Notes: a model not told the origin generated them from the letters alone. A stretch of DNA of 64,000 bases from Octopus vulgaris (GCA_951406725.2 OX597839.1:26660001-26724000), one strand, 5' to 3'; shown: positions 1-14,056, counted from the first letter of the stretch. Program-made: numbers and translations.

Positions 1-228
1 CCTTAAGGAAATTCTCAGACACAATTAGCATGGCACTACGCGTGAGAGAAAGAGAAAAGAGAGAGATAGAGGTGGGGGCTGGACTATTGAAATAAATATA
101 TTATTCATTTTGTAGGCTTCTGCACAGTTTCACTTCAGGCAATTTTCAAGATCTCACTGACCAAGGATGGGAAGAAAAACGGACACATGCTGTGTGGTGG
201 GATTGAAACTGGAACTTCACTCAGTCAT

Positions 229-262
<34 letters not shown>

Positions 263-674
263 GTCTGCATGATGTGTGTATGTTGTATTTGTGACGTGTG
301 TGTGCGTGTATGTGTGCTTGCGTAATGTGTGCTTGCATGATAGGTTCATGTGTTGTGCATGTGTGTTTGTGTGTGTTTGTATGTGCGTGTGTGTGCATAA
401 TGTGTGCATGACGTGTGTGGGTATGTTGTATGTGTTGATGTGAGTGTGTGTGTGTGCATGTGTGATGTGTGTGTGTTGTGTGCGTGATAGGTTCATGTGT
501 TCTGTGCATGTGTGTGTATGTGTTTGTTTGTATGTGTGTGTGCGTAATGCGTGCATGACTCGTGTGTGTGCACGCATGATGTGTGTGTGTTGTGTGCATG
601 TGTGTATATAAATATACTTATACCCCTAGCATAAAGTCAACTGTCTCCCCCACCACACGTCCATCGGGGTTTAT

Positions 675-829
675 AGCACCCACTACACTCACGGAGTGGT
701 TGGCGTTCAGAAGGGCATCCAGCTGTAGAAACTTTGCCAGATCAAGATTGGAGTCTGGTGCAGCCATCTGGCTCACCAGCCCTCAGTCAAAATCGTCCAA
801 CCCATGCTAGCATGGAAAGCGGACGTTAA

Positions 830-861
<32 letters not shown>

Positions 862-862
862 A
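675..862 (+). mobile_element. Short retroelement with RTE-LINE-type 3' tail ending in (TGA)n (family B)
   Basis: CACTACACTCACGGAGTGGTTGGCGTT..GAAGGGCATCCAGC...CCAACCCATGCTAGCATGGAAAGCGGACGTTAAA(TGA)n. The same module recurs at ~6222, 17550, 18825, 37600, 55955, 59040 and 62900 (-). Confidence 0.8.
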
Positions 863-1329
863 CCATATATCAATGATGGCTGTCCATTCGTAACTGAGGA
901 TGACCATCACTGACCATTGCCCTTGCAAACTGTCAGCCATGCCTGTGTATAAAGTTATTTCACCTGTGGTTGGCTTTACCTGGGTTCACATTCAGTTTCC
1001 AGGCCTGCAGTGGTGCCCCCCTACACGACTGGGTCTCAGAAAGTCACCTTGCCTGTTATCAGGCAGCCTGAAAGTTTTGGGTCCAGTAAGGCTTGCACAG
1101 CACCTCACGGACCTTCTCCACCCCGTTGACATGGTTGAGAGGCAAACCTGGGTAGGGTAGCCAGTGCTCGTATAGGTCACTGGTTCAGAAATAATGTGGG
1201 AGTGCCGTGGTCTCAAACGGAAACAAAAGATCCCCAAAATGTCCAATGCCATTCCCTGCATTTCTGGTTTTATATCAGAGCGAACCTCTCTTAGAGATAT
1301 GCTTTAACAAAAGCTGAGGGGATCTATGG

Positions 1330-1880
1330 CTGGTTGGCTGGATGGGTGGATGGATTGACGGAGGGAGGGAGGGATGGATGGATGGACAGATGGATGGATT
1401 GATGGATTGACGGCAGGATGGATAGATAGATGGATTGACGGATGGACGGATAGATGGATGGATGGACAGATGGATTAATGGATGGATAGACGAATGGATG
1501 GGTGGATTGACGGGTGGATGGATGGACAGATGGATAGATCTATGGATGGATGGATGGATAGATGAATGGATGGATGGATTGACGGCGGGATGGATGGACA
1601 GATGGGTGGATTGACGGATAGATGGATGGACGGATAGATGGATGGATAGAGAGATTGATGGATGGATAGATCTATGGATGGATGGATTGACGGATGGATG
1701 GATGGATGGACAGATGGATAGATCTATGGATGGATGGATGGATAGAAGGATGGACGGACAGATGGATTGATGGATGGACAGATGGATAGATCTATGGATG
1801 GATGGATTTATAGACGAATGGATGGATGGATAGACGAATGGATGGATGGATGGATTGATGGATAGATCTATGGATGGATC
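1330..1880. repeat. Degenerate (GGAT)n tetranucleotide array
   Basis: GGAT/AGAT/GGAC units over ~550 bp. Confidence 0.95.
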
Positions 1881-2322
1881 TGTGGCTTGGTAGATGGACG
1901 AGCGACTATGCTATGCAATACAAACCTTACCAGTTCCAACAGCACAACAACAACAAACAACCCTTTGGGTTTCTTTGAGATATTCTGGCAGGAAGCCAAA
2001 GCGAAATCTTTTACTCAATACTAACGCTAACAGAAACCAGAATTGATTATGTATTCTCCATATTTATTGTTGAGGGAGGGAGAGGGCATTGGTGGGGATA
2101 AGGGTGGTACTGGTAGTAGTGGTGAGGGGTCATGGTAAATGTGGTGATAGTGTTAGTGGTGGTGGTGGTGGTGGAGGTGAAAAGTGATTTCAGTGGTGGT
2201 TGTCAATGATAGTGGCAGAGGTGGTGTGATTGTAGTGGTGGTGTGGCAGTGGTGGTGGTGGTGGTTCCAGAAATAGGGACAGTTGTGATGGTGGTGCTAG
2301 TAGTAGGGGCAATGGTAAACTC

Positions 2323-2356
<34 letters not shown>

Positions 2357-2609
2357 GTAAGTGGTCAATGTGGTTGCAGTGGTTGTGGTGGTGGGAGAGT
2401 GTAATGCTGGTGGTTGTGGTGTTAGTGGTGGTGATGGTGGTAGTAGTTGTGGTGGTTGCTGTAGTGGTGGTGGTAGTAATAGTAGTTACAAAGCTTGCCA
2501 CCCTCCGCCACCCTCCGCCACCCTCCGCCAACTCCTCTAAGAATCTGGTGAGTTTTCAAAGCCAAAGAGAACCAACCTCGCCAGAATCGATGCTGCAGTA
2601 AGCGTTATT

Positions 2610-2825
2610 AAGGTGGAGAGATGGCAGAATCGTTAGCATGCTGAGCAAAATGCTCAGTGGCATTTCGTCCGTCTTGAGGTTCTGAGTTCAAATGCTGCTG
2701 AGGTCAACTTTGCCTTTCGTCCTTTCAAGGTCAATAAATCAAGTACCAGTGAAAAACTGGGGTCAATGTAATTGACTTGCTCCCTCTCCCAGATTTCAGG
2801 CCTTGTGCCTTTAGTACAAAGGATC
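2610..2825 (+). mobile_element. tRNA-derived SINE (family C)
   Basis: A-box-like TGGCAGAATCG, B-box GAGTTCAAAT, then GAGGTCAACTTTGCCTTTCGTCCTTTCAAGGTCAATAAA..AAGTACCAG. Other copies at ~6376(-), 46075/46245(+), 48940(-), 56115(-), 59368-59820(-). Confidence 0.75.
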
Positions 2826-2827
2826 AC

Positions 2828-2883
<56 letters not shown>

Positions 2884-2970
2884 GTTGTTATTATTGGTAT
2901 GATCATCATCATCATCATCATAATCATCATCATCATTATTATTATTATCATCATCATCATCATTATCATT

Positions 2971-3008
<38 letters not shown>

Positions 3009-4481
3009 TACATTCATACATATCCATCACAAATAGATGCAGCTTCTTTCATTTTTAATCCCACCTTTTTTTTCTTTGGTAAATCCTTTCCTCAAACAAT
3101 TCTACGTCAAAATCAATGAGAGTGACCATCATCATCATCATCATCATCATCAACAACAACAACATGAATATTACTATTATTATTATTGTTATCTTTACGC
3201 AGTGCAGGCAGCCAAGTGTGAGAGTGAGGTAGAAAAAGAGAGAGAGAGGGAGAGTGAGGTAGGGAGAGAGAGAGAGAGAGAGAGAGAGAAGAATTAAAAG
3301 TGAACAAGACAATCAATATGGGTACATCTTTTAGTGATTCTGGTTGTGTATTCCATGACCAAAATACTTACAGCTGGAATCAGTTTTTTTTTCTTCAGTT
3401 TCCACAGAAAAAGATATGCGTTTTCTGTAAACATTCCTTTCCCCCCACCTGCCCACCCCTCTCCGCCCCTTAATCTCTCTGGTCAACAAACATTTTCAGT
3501 GTCTTTGGAAATGAAGAATATTGCAGTTCCATTATAGGTGTAGGAGTGGCTGTGAGGTAAGTAGCTTGCTTACCAGCCACATGGTTCCGGGTTCAGTCCC
3601 ACTGGTAGCTCTATACAACTACCAAAATTTAGTTTAATTGAAAGAAGCGAAACAGAGATTAAAAAAACGAGGTACCTTTTGACAAATCACTCAAGGAGAC
3701 ACATCTACATCAAATGATGCACCACGACTGTTTGCACAGCATCTCACCCTCGAGGGACCAATGCATGATGGGTTTAAATGAAGGTTGTGATTACTAAAGA
3801 ATCTCATGAATTCCATTTTCTTTCTCTTTCTTTCATATCCATATCTTCTACTATAATAATACTTTTGTGGATTTCTCTGTCACAACATATGAATGAGAAC
3901 GGAAGGGGTGATAGATGAATAAGGAAGGGAGGAAGGGGTGATGTCAATGTGGTAGTGGGATGATGGAAGTTCTACAGTGGGAAAAAAAATCAAACAGCAT
4001 TTCAACTCTGTGTGAGTATATGTGTGTGTGTATGTAAAAGGCAGTCATGTGAACGTTTGTGTGTGTGTGTGTGCAATGGAAGTGGGATGGTGAACATTCA
4101 ATGCTAAAAAGAAAAGTCAAACAGCGTTTCAACCCTGTGTGAGTATATGTGTGTGTGTAGAAGCAAAATATGTGAATATTTGTATCTGTGATTATTAATT
4201 ACCTTATTTAGATATAAAATACTACAATTAGCTGTCATCTTTGGCTGCACGGGGTCAGCTAGTATTTTATAAACTCTATGGACATGAAGGAATTCCTGAA
4301 GTAAATCGAGTGGCAAATACCTCCATGCTGTTATTGACATCAGGTAGCCAAATACAGGAAGCAGGCTTTGAACAGCGTACTACACACACACATGCATATT
4401 TGTGGTCAGCTGTGGCTGGCCGATAGGTGTCTTCCCACTGCATTCAGGGAGTCTTCCTATGTTGCTTTGAAATTATATGTA

Positions 4482-4562
4482 TCATCTGATGAATACGGAT
4501 TTTCAAAGAGAGGTAATGTACTCATTCGTCTATTAAAAATGCATACGAAACGGCTGTAATGA
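4482..4562 (+). ncRNA. Type I hammerhead ribozyme motif with long, imperfect stem II
   Basis: Stem I TCAT/ATGA; core CTGATGA (4486-4492); long decayed stem II; GAAA (4547-4550); stem III CGGCTG; GUA triplet. Confidence 0.65.
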
Positions 4563-4800
4563 ACTGACATTGATCCATCATCTGTTACCGTTTATTTGCA
4601 CATTCATGCATACATACACACACACACACACACACACACATACATACATATATACAGATAGATAAATAGATATAGCTATATACATGCATAAATAGATAGA
4701 TATAGCTATATATATATATATATAGAGAGAGAGAGAAAGATAGCTCTGTATGCATACATACACACATACAAACATATATATATATGTATATGTATATGTG

Positions 4801-4853
<53 letters not shown>

Positions 4854-5083
4854 ATATATATATGTGTGTGTGTGTGTATATATATATATATGTGTATATA
4901 TATTTATATATATATATATATTTATATAACTTATATACACACATACATGTACATATGTATATATATATATATGTTTGTGTGTGTGTGTGTGTGCATACAG
5001 AGCTGTCTCTCTCTCTATATATATATGTGTGTGTGTGTATATATAAATATATATATATGATCACGTGATATATATATAAATAC

Positions 5084-5158
<75 letters not shown>

Positions 5159-5773
5159 CACACACACACACACACATACACACACATACATATACATACA
5201 CCTGCATACATGTATGTATTGAGAAAGTGCCTGATTGGTGCCCAACTGCTGTGTTTTGATTTTATTGATCATGTTAAATTATTAGTTTGACGAAGCTGAT
5301 AACATCAAAATAGTCTGTAATTATTTGTCATTAATCATTAACCCTTTTGATGCCAATCCGTTTAAGACCACCCCAGCTTCTCTGATACGAATTTCCTGTT
5401 TAAAGTGATCTAAATTAAAACTTTGCCATTAAAATTTTATGATAATTTATGTTTCAAACATTTGTTTTAAAAACGGGAAAATTATTTTGTGGAGTTCTTT
5501 GTTGTCTTCTGACTGGATTGGAACGAAAGCAGTGGATTTCAACAGAAATATGGGGAGAAAAGGGTTATTTGTAGGTGTGTGGGTGGGTGTGCATGTGGGT
5601 GGGTGTGTATGGATGTGTGTCGATGTATATGTGTATATGTATGTATGTGTGGGTGTGTATGTATGTGTATATATATATATATGTGTGTATGTATATGTGT
5701 GTATGTGTATGCATTTGTGTAAGTGTGGGTGGGTGTGTATGTATGTGTGTGTGTGTATGTATGTGTGGGTGTG

Positions 5774-5812
<39 letters not shown>

Positions 5813-6809
5813 GTGTATGTATATGTGTGTATGTGTATGCATTTGTGTAAGTGTGGGTGGGTGTGTATGTATGTGTGTGTATGTGTGTATGTATATGTAT
5901 GTATGGGTGGGTGGGTGTGTATATGTGTGGGTGTGTATATATGTGTGTATGTGTATGCATTTGTGTAAGTGTGGGTGGGTGTGTATGTATGTGTGTGTAT
6001 GTGTATGTATGTGCGTGTATGTATGGGTGGGTGGGTGTGTATATGTGTGGGTGTGTATATATGTGTGTATGTGTATGCATTTGTGTATGTAAGTCCGGAT
6101 GGCTATATATGTGTGTGTATGTATGCATGTATGTGTGTGTATGTGAAACAATAGACTCAAGACAAATGATTGCTGTATATATATATATATGCCAGTACTG
6201 CTTGACTGGCCCTTGTGCACAAGCACCAACTACACTCTCAGAGTGGTTGGCGTTAGGAAGGGCATCCAGCTGTAGAAACTCTGCCAGATCAGATTGGAGC
6301 CTAGTGCAGCCTTCTCGTTTGCCTGTCTTTAGTCAAACCGTCCAACCCATGCCAACATGTAAATAATAATAATAATCTTTTCTACTATAGGCACAAGGTC
6401 TGAAATTTTGAAGGAGGGCACAGGTTGATCGCATTGGCCCCAGTGTGTCACTGGTACTTAATTTATGGAGCCCAAAAGGATGGAAGGCAAAGTTGACCGT
6501 GGCAGAATTTGAACTCAGAATGTAGCCACAAGCAAAATACGGGTGCCAGTCAGGCGGCACTATCATCGTTTAATGTCTGCCTTCCATGCTAGCCAGGCAT
6601 GAGCCTGCACCAGACTTTTGTGTCTGTTTTGGAAGAGTTTTTACGACTGGATGCCCTTCCTAACACAAACCACCCAGCAGAGTGAACAGTGTTTTTTACA
6701 TGGCACCAGTACATACGCACACACATATATGTATGTGTGTGTGTGACATAAAATGTATGTACATATATTTTATAGATAATACACACTTATCTACTTTTTT
6801 TTTTCTTTT

Positions 6810-7138
6810 ATTCTTTTACTTGTTTCAGTCATTTGACTGCGGCCATGCTGGAGCACCGCCTTTAGTCAAGCAAATCGACCCCAGGACTTATTCTTTGTAA
6901 GCCCAGTACTTATTCTATCGGTCTCTTTTGCCGAACCGCTAAGTGACGGGGACGTAAACACACCAGCATCGGTTGTCAAGCAATGCTAGGGGACAAACAC
7001 AGACACACAAACACACACACATGCATACACATATATATATATACATATATACGACGGGCTTCTTTCAGTTTCCGTCTACCGAATCCACTCACAAGGCTTT
7101 GGTCGGCCCGAGGTTATAGTAGAAGACACTTGCCCAAG
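6810..7138 (-). mobile_element. tRNA/CORE-like SINE (family A), 5'-truncated
   Basis: Near-identical to the ~400-bp family seen about 20 times in the window (tail ...GCATGGCCGCAGTCAAATGACTGAAACAAGTAAAAGAG). Confidence 0.9.
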
Positions 7139-7625
7139 TGTACATATATTTTATAGATAACACACACCTGTCTACTATGAATACACTAAGAGACTCTTTC
7201 AGTGTATATCTACCAAATCCACTCACAATACTGTTGTCCGCCAAGGTTATCACACAGTGGGATTGAACCTGGAACCATGTGGTTAGGAGGCAATCTTACC
7301 ACACGTCCTGCACCTATTCGTTTCCTTTCCTTTCATAAAGTTAACCGTTTCCTGTGTACTAAACTCACTAAATCTAAGCCTATCCTTTCTGCTTTGTATT
7401 TGGTCAGCATAAACTTAACTTTTATATTTTCTACTCATGGATCATTAAAAACTCGTTATCTTAAAATATTAAAATCCAATATTTGCACATTCCTAACATA
7501 GCGTTTTAACAGGGTTGAGTTAGGGCAGTGGGTTGGAAGAATTGTTTGTGTGTTTCAGGAAGTGCTTCGTGGCATTTCATCCGACATTAGATTCGGAGTT
7601 GAAATTCCACCCGGGTTGACGTTCA

Positions 7626-8880
7626 TTTGAAATCATCGTCATTGTTTAACGTCCGCTCTCAATGCTAGCATGGGTTCGACGATTTGACTGCTAAGACGTT
7701 CATTCTTTCAGGGTTGATAAAATATGTACCAGTTAAATACTGGGGGTCGATGTAATCGACTATCTCCCTTCCCTCAAAAAATACTGGCCCTGCATCAAAA
7801 TTTGAAATCATTGTCATTGTTTAACGTCCGCTCTCAATGCTAGCATGGGTTGGACGATTTGACTGCTAAGACGTTCATTCTTTCAGGGTTGATAAAATAA
7901 GTACCAGTTAAATACTGGGGGTCGATGTAATCGACTATCTCCCTTCCTTCAAAAAATACTGGCCCTGCATCAAAATTTGAAATCATTGTCATTGTTTAAC
8001 GTTCGCTCTCAATGCTAGCATGGGTTGGACGATTTGACTGCTAAGACGTTCATTCTTTCAGGGTTGATAAAATAAGTACCAGTTAAATACTGGGGGTCGA
8101 TGTAATCGACTATCTCCCTTCCCTCAAAAAATACTGGCCCTGCATCAAAATTTGAAATCATTGTCATTGTTTAACGTCCGCTCTCAATGCTAGCATGGGT
8201 TGGACGATTTGACTGCTAAGACATTCATTCTTTCAGGGTTGATAAAATAAGTACCAGTTAAATACTGGGGGTCGATGTAATCGACTATCTCCCTTCCCTC
8301 AAAAAATACTGGCCCTGCATCAAAATTTGAAATCATTGTCATTGTTTAACGTCCGCTCTCAATGCTAGCATGGGTTGGACGATTTGACTGCTAAGACGTT
8401 CATTCTTTCAGGGTTGATAAAATAAGTACCAGTTAAATACTGGGGGTCGATGTAATCGACTATCTCCCTTCCCTCAAAAAATACTGGCCCTGCATCAAAA
8501 TTTGAAATCATTGTCATTGTTTAACGTTCGCTCTCAATGCTAGCATGGGTTGGACGATTTGACTGCTAAGACGTTCATTCTTTCAGGGTTAATAAAATAA
8601 GTACCAGTGAAATACTGGGGGTCGATGTAATCGACTATCTCCCTTCCCTCAAAAAATACTGGCCCTGCATCAAAATTTGAAATCATCGTCATTGTTTAAC
8701 GTCCGCTCTCGATGCTAGCATGGGTTGGACGATTTGACTGCTAAGACGTTCATTCTTTCAGGGTTAATAAAATAAGTACCAGTGAAATACTGGGGGTCGA
8801 TGTAATCGACTCTCTCCCTTCCCTCAAAAAATACTGGCCCTGCATCAAAATTTGAAATCATCGTCATTGTTTAACGTCAT
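7626..8880. repeat. 175-bp tandem array (7 full copies plus a partial), built from two SINE fragments
   Basis: Unit starts TTTGAAATCA at 7626, 7801, 7976, 8151, 8326, 8501, 8676, 8851. Unit = inverted family-B tail + family-C 3' half. Confidence 0.95.
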
Positions 8881-9060
8881 TGTTTAATGTATCCCTCTTT
8901 ATTTGTTCTCTACTTATTATTTCTTTAACCCTTCTCTTCCTGGTATCTGCCTTTGAAATCAAATCTACTAATGGTTTTTTTAAATACTTAACGTTCTGTT
9001 TATCAATTAGGCAGTCATTGTAATTGTTATAATGTCTTGTTGCTGAGATAGGCTCTCTTT

Positions 9061-9142
9061 CTTTCCTGATGAGAAGATTGCATTTTACACCGTTTATTCC
9101 TTTGGAATAAAACCATGTTGTCTTCGAAACATATGTCGAAAG
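9061..9142 (+). ncRNA. Canonical minimal type I hammerhead ribozyme (Penelope/retrozyme-like)
   Basis: Stem I CTTTC/GAAAG; CTGATGA 9066-9072; stem II GAAGA/TCTTC with inner hairpin TTTATTCC-TTT-GGAATAAA; GAAA 9126-9129; palindromic stem III CATATG; GUC triplet with predicted cut after 9137. Confidence 0.85.
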
Positions 9143-9603
9143 TAAAAGAATTTTAATAACATCTTCGTTCAACTCCATTTATTTACTTAATGCTAGCATG
9201 GGTTGGACGATTTGACTGCTAAGCATTTCATCCGTACATACATAGATATGTGCAGAAAAAAAGAAAATGGAGTGGATACAAAAATGACATACATCAGCCG
9301 GTAGACATTCCCTTATGTCTATCTATTCTAAAACATAAGGAAGTATCATAGGAGTACATACACATGCAAAGACTGTGTGCTACACTAATGTATACTAGTA
9401 GTGCATAAAAGAGTCAAAGATCAGTTCCTTACGGCCGTTTCTACCCCCGATATCCTCCATGCTACCTCCTCCATCTCTTCAGTGTTCTGTAGGGATGAGT
9501 AGATAGAGTTTGGATGCTGGGTGTGCCTCTAGGCTTCTTACATATGCACACACAATCCACACCAGCATTGTAAAAAGGAAGTGAAATGAAGATGATTATA
9601 ATA

Positions 9604-9645
<42 letters not shown>

Positions 9646-9703
9646 CACACATATATACATATACATATATATACATATATATACATACATAAATATGTAT
9701 ATA

Positions 9704-9754
<51 letters not shown>

Positions 9755-10116
9755 ATGTATGTGTATATATATATATATGTGTATATGTATATATATATAT
9801 ATATATACACATACATACATATACATATGTATATATATGTACACATACATGCTGACATATATATATATATATACACTCATATACACATTTATAGATATAT
9901 GAATTTATATATATATGTATCTATGTTACTTGTATATATACTTGCATTTATATATGTATTTACACACACTCTCTATCTCTCTCTTTCACACGCACACACA
10001 TACTCTCTCTCTCATACACACACACGCACACACACACCTGTTTATGCAAATGCCTTTTTTCAGTAATATCTGCCATACAACATTTCATCATCTGGACTTC
10101 CTTTTTCACAAAAGAT

Positions 10117-10161
<45 letters not shown>

Positions 10162-10259
10162 GAGAAAGAATTACTTTGAGGAGGAGGAAAGAGAGAAGCG
10201 AAGAAAGAAACACAGAAATATGTGTGTTTCTATGGATATGTGAATGTGTGTGTGTGAGT

Positions 10260-10295
<36 letters not shown>

Positions 10296-10448
10296 CAGTC
10301 TGTGTCCATGTGACTCTTCTCTTTGGTAGTCTTTGGGTGTTGGTTGGTGCCAGGGATGGGGCTTCACAATAAAAGGTGTGTGTGTGAATATATATATATA
10401 TATATATGTTTGTGTGTGTGTGTGTGTGTATGTATATGTATGTATATA

Positions 10449-10484
<36 letters not shown>

Positions 10485-10543
10485 TGTATGTATATATATA
10501 CATATATATATACATACATACATATATATATATATATACATAC

Positions 10544-10586
<43 letters not shown>

Positions 10587-11213
10587 AGGAAGGAGAGAGA
10601 GCAAGATGTCTATATACACACACACACACACGTACATACATATATATGTGTGTGTATGTATACATGTATATACATGCACATAGGCACATATATTTGCATA
10701 TATATATATATATTGTGTTTGTAAGTGTATATATACACACATACACATAAATATATATTCACACTCACACGCGCATGTGCGCATATGTTGATGTAAGCGT
10801 TTATGTGTGTGTATATATATACACACTCACATATATATATGTATACACACATACACACACACACACATATATGCACGCACTCCTGGTACTCACACACACC
10901 ATTGTAATATGATGCTGGCTGTTGTTAATGAGTTAAGAAAGTAGACCAGTTTTTTTCCTTTCTGCTTTTTCTTCTTTGTTTTCTCTCTCTCTCTCTCTTG
11001 CTCTCTCTCTCTCTCTGTCTCTCTCTCTCTCCCTATCATTCTCTCTCTATCTCCCTCTCTCTCACACTTTTCAATTCTGTCTCTCTCTCTCTCTCTCTGC
11101 CTCTATTTCTGTTTTTATCTCTCTCTATCTCTCTTCTGTACCTTCTTACAACAGTCTCTCTCTTCTTCACCTTCCTACACAGTCTCTCTCTCTCTCTCTC
11201 TCTCTCTTAAACA

Positions 11214-11270
<57 letters not shown>

Positions 11271-11406
11271 GCACACATACACACACACACAGATACACTT
11301 ATATTTCCCTTTGAACGTTCGCATTTCTTTGCCACTGAAGTCATTTGAGCTACTTCAAAGCAGAGAGAGAAACGGTCAAGCAGGGACATTGAGCAATAAC
11401 AACAAC

Positions 11407-11439
<33 letters not shown>

Positions 11440-11489
11440 TCTGTAAACAAGAACAAAAACAATGCTACCTCTATATAAGTCATACATTA

Positions 11490-11589
11490 NNNNNNNNNNN
11501 NNNNNNNNNNNNNNNNNNNNNNNNNNNNNNNNNNNNNNNNNNNNNNNNNNNNNNNNNNNNNNNNNNNNNNNNNNNNNNNNNNNNNNNNN
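11490..11589. other. Assembly gap (100 N)
   Basis: Run of N directly abutting the 45-bp satellite. Confidence 1.
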
Positions 11590-13925
11590 TCATTCATCTT
11601 ATGACCTGTGTTCTATGATCTATGCTAAGTCTAGTCATTCATCTTATGACCTGTGTTCTATGATCTGTGCTATATCTAATCATTCATCTTATGACCTGTG
11701 TTCTATGATCTATGCTAAGTCTAGTCATTCATCTTATGACCTGTGTTCTATGATCTGTGCTATATCTAATCATTCATCTTATGACCTGTGTTCTATGATC
11801 TGTGCTATGTCTAGTCATTCATCTTATGACCTGTGTTCTATGATCTATGCTATATCTAATCATTCATCTTATGACCTGTGTTCTATGATCTGTGCTATGT
11901 CTAGTCATTCATCTTATGACCTGTGTTCTATGATCTGTGCTATGTCTAGTCATTCATCTTATGACCTGTGTTCTATGATCTGTGCTAAGTCTAATCATTC
12001 ATCTTATGACCTGTGTTCTATGATCTGTGCTATGTCTAGTCATTCATCTTATGACCTGTATTATATGATCTATGCTAAGTCTAGTCATTCATCTTATGAC
12101 CTGTGTTCTATGATCTGTGCTAAGTCTAGTCATTCATCTTATGACCTGTGTTCTATGATCTGTGCTATGTCTAGTCATTCATCTTATGACCTGTGTTCTA
12201 TGATCTATGCTATAGTCTAATCATTCATCTTATGACCTGTGTTCTATGATCTGTGCTATGTCTAGTCATTCATCTTATGACCTGTGTTCTATGACCTGTG
12301 TTCTATGATCTGTGCTATGTCTAGTCATTCATCTTATGACCTGTGTTCTATGATCTGTGCTATGTCTAGTCATTCATCTTATGACCTGTGTTCTATGATC
12401 TGTGCTATGTCTAGTCATTCATCTTATGACCTGTGTTCTATGATCTGTGCTATGTCTATCATTCATCTTATGACCTGTGTTCTATGATCTGTGCTATGTC
12501 TAGTCATTCATCTTATGACCTGTGTTCTATGATCTGTGCTATGTCTAGTCATTCATCTTATGACCTGTGTTCTATGATCTATGCTAAGTCTAGTCATTCA
12601 TCTTATGACCTGTGTTCTATGATCTGTGCTATGTCTAGTCATTCATCTTATGACCTGTGTTCTATGATCTGTGCTATGTCTAGTCATTCATCTTATGACC
12701 TGTGTTCTATGATCTGTGCTATGTCTAGTCATTCATCTTATGACCTGTGTTCTATGATCTATGCTATATCTAATCATTCATCTTATGACCTGTGTTCTAT
12801 GATCTATGCTATTCTAATCATTCATCTTATGACCTGTGTTCTATGATCTGTGCTATATCTAGTCATTCATCTTATGACCTGTGTTCTATGATCTGTGCTA
12901 TATCTAATCATTCATCTTATGACCTGTGTTCTATGATCTGTGCTATGTCTAGTCATTCATCTTATGACCTGTGTTCTATGATCTGTGCTATATCTAATCA
13001 TTCATCTTATGACCTGTGTTCTATGATCTGTGCTATGTCTAGTCATTCATCTTATGACCTGTGTTCTATGATCTGTGCTATGTCTAGTCATTCATCTTAT
13101 GACCTGTGTTCTATGATCTGTGCTATGTCTAGTCATTCATCTTATGACCTGTGTTCTATGATCTGTGCTATGTCTAGTCATTCATCTTATGACCTGTGTT
13201 CTATGATCTGTGCTATATCTAATCATTCATCTTATGACCTGTGTTCTATGATCTGTGCTATGTCTAGTCATTCATCTTATGACCTGTGTTCTATGATCTG
13301 TGCTATGTCTAGTCATTCATCTTATGACCTGTGTTCTATGATCTGTGCTATATCTAGTCATTCATCTTATGACCTGTGTTCTATGATCTGTGCTATGTCT
13401 AGTCATTCATCTTATGACCTGTGTTCTATGATCTATGCTAAGTCTAGTCATTCATCTTATGACCTGTGTTCTATGATCTGTGCTATGTCTAGTCATTCAT
13501 CTTATGACCTGTGTTCTATGATCTGTGCTAAGTCTAGTCATTCATCTTATGACCTGTGTTCTATGATCTGTGCTATATCTAATCATTCATCTTATGACCT
13601 GTGTTCTATGATCTGTGCTAAGTCTAGTCATTCATCTTATGACCTGTGTTCTATGATCTGTGCTATGTCTAGTCATTCATCTTATGACTTGTGTGCTATG
13701 ATCTTTCCTCATTCATCTTATGATCTGTGCCATGTCTAGTCATTCATCTTATGACCTGTGTTCTATGATCTGTGCTATGTCTAGTCATTTGTCTTATGAC
13801 TTGTGTTCTATGATCTGTGCTAAATCTAGTCATTCATCTTATGACTTGTGTGCTATGATCTTTGCTCATTCATCTTATGATCTGTGCTATGTCTAGTCAT
13901 TCATCTTATGATCTGTGTTCTATGG
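11590..13925. repeat. 45-bp minisatellite, ~52 visible copies
   Basis: Unit CATTCATCTTATGACCTGTGTTCTATGATCTGTGCTATGTCTAGT; highly homogeneous, degenerating at the right edge. Confidence 0.98.
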
Positions 13926-14024
13926 TTTTGTAAGTGTGTTATGTGTGAATCTGCGTGCATTTAAGCTGCTCAATCATAACAGACCCGAAGTGATGTGGAG
14001 TGTTTACTCAACAATAACAACTAC

Positions 14025-14056
<32 letters not shown>

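Noticed and set aside
870-1320. Unique-looking GC-balanced segment with short ORFs
   Set aside because: No splice-consistent frame or motif; probably an old repeat fragment.
8864-9178. 104-aa - strand ORF that looks globular
   Set aside because: No recognisable motif; it lies antisense to a perfect hammerhead element, which explains the segment better.
11462-13739. Long (SSHSSYDLCSMICAM)n ORFs or a CRISPR-like array
   Set aside because: A 45-bp unit is trivially frame-preserving and is broken by indels; there are no unique spacers or cas genes, and the context is eukaryotic.
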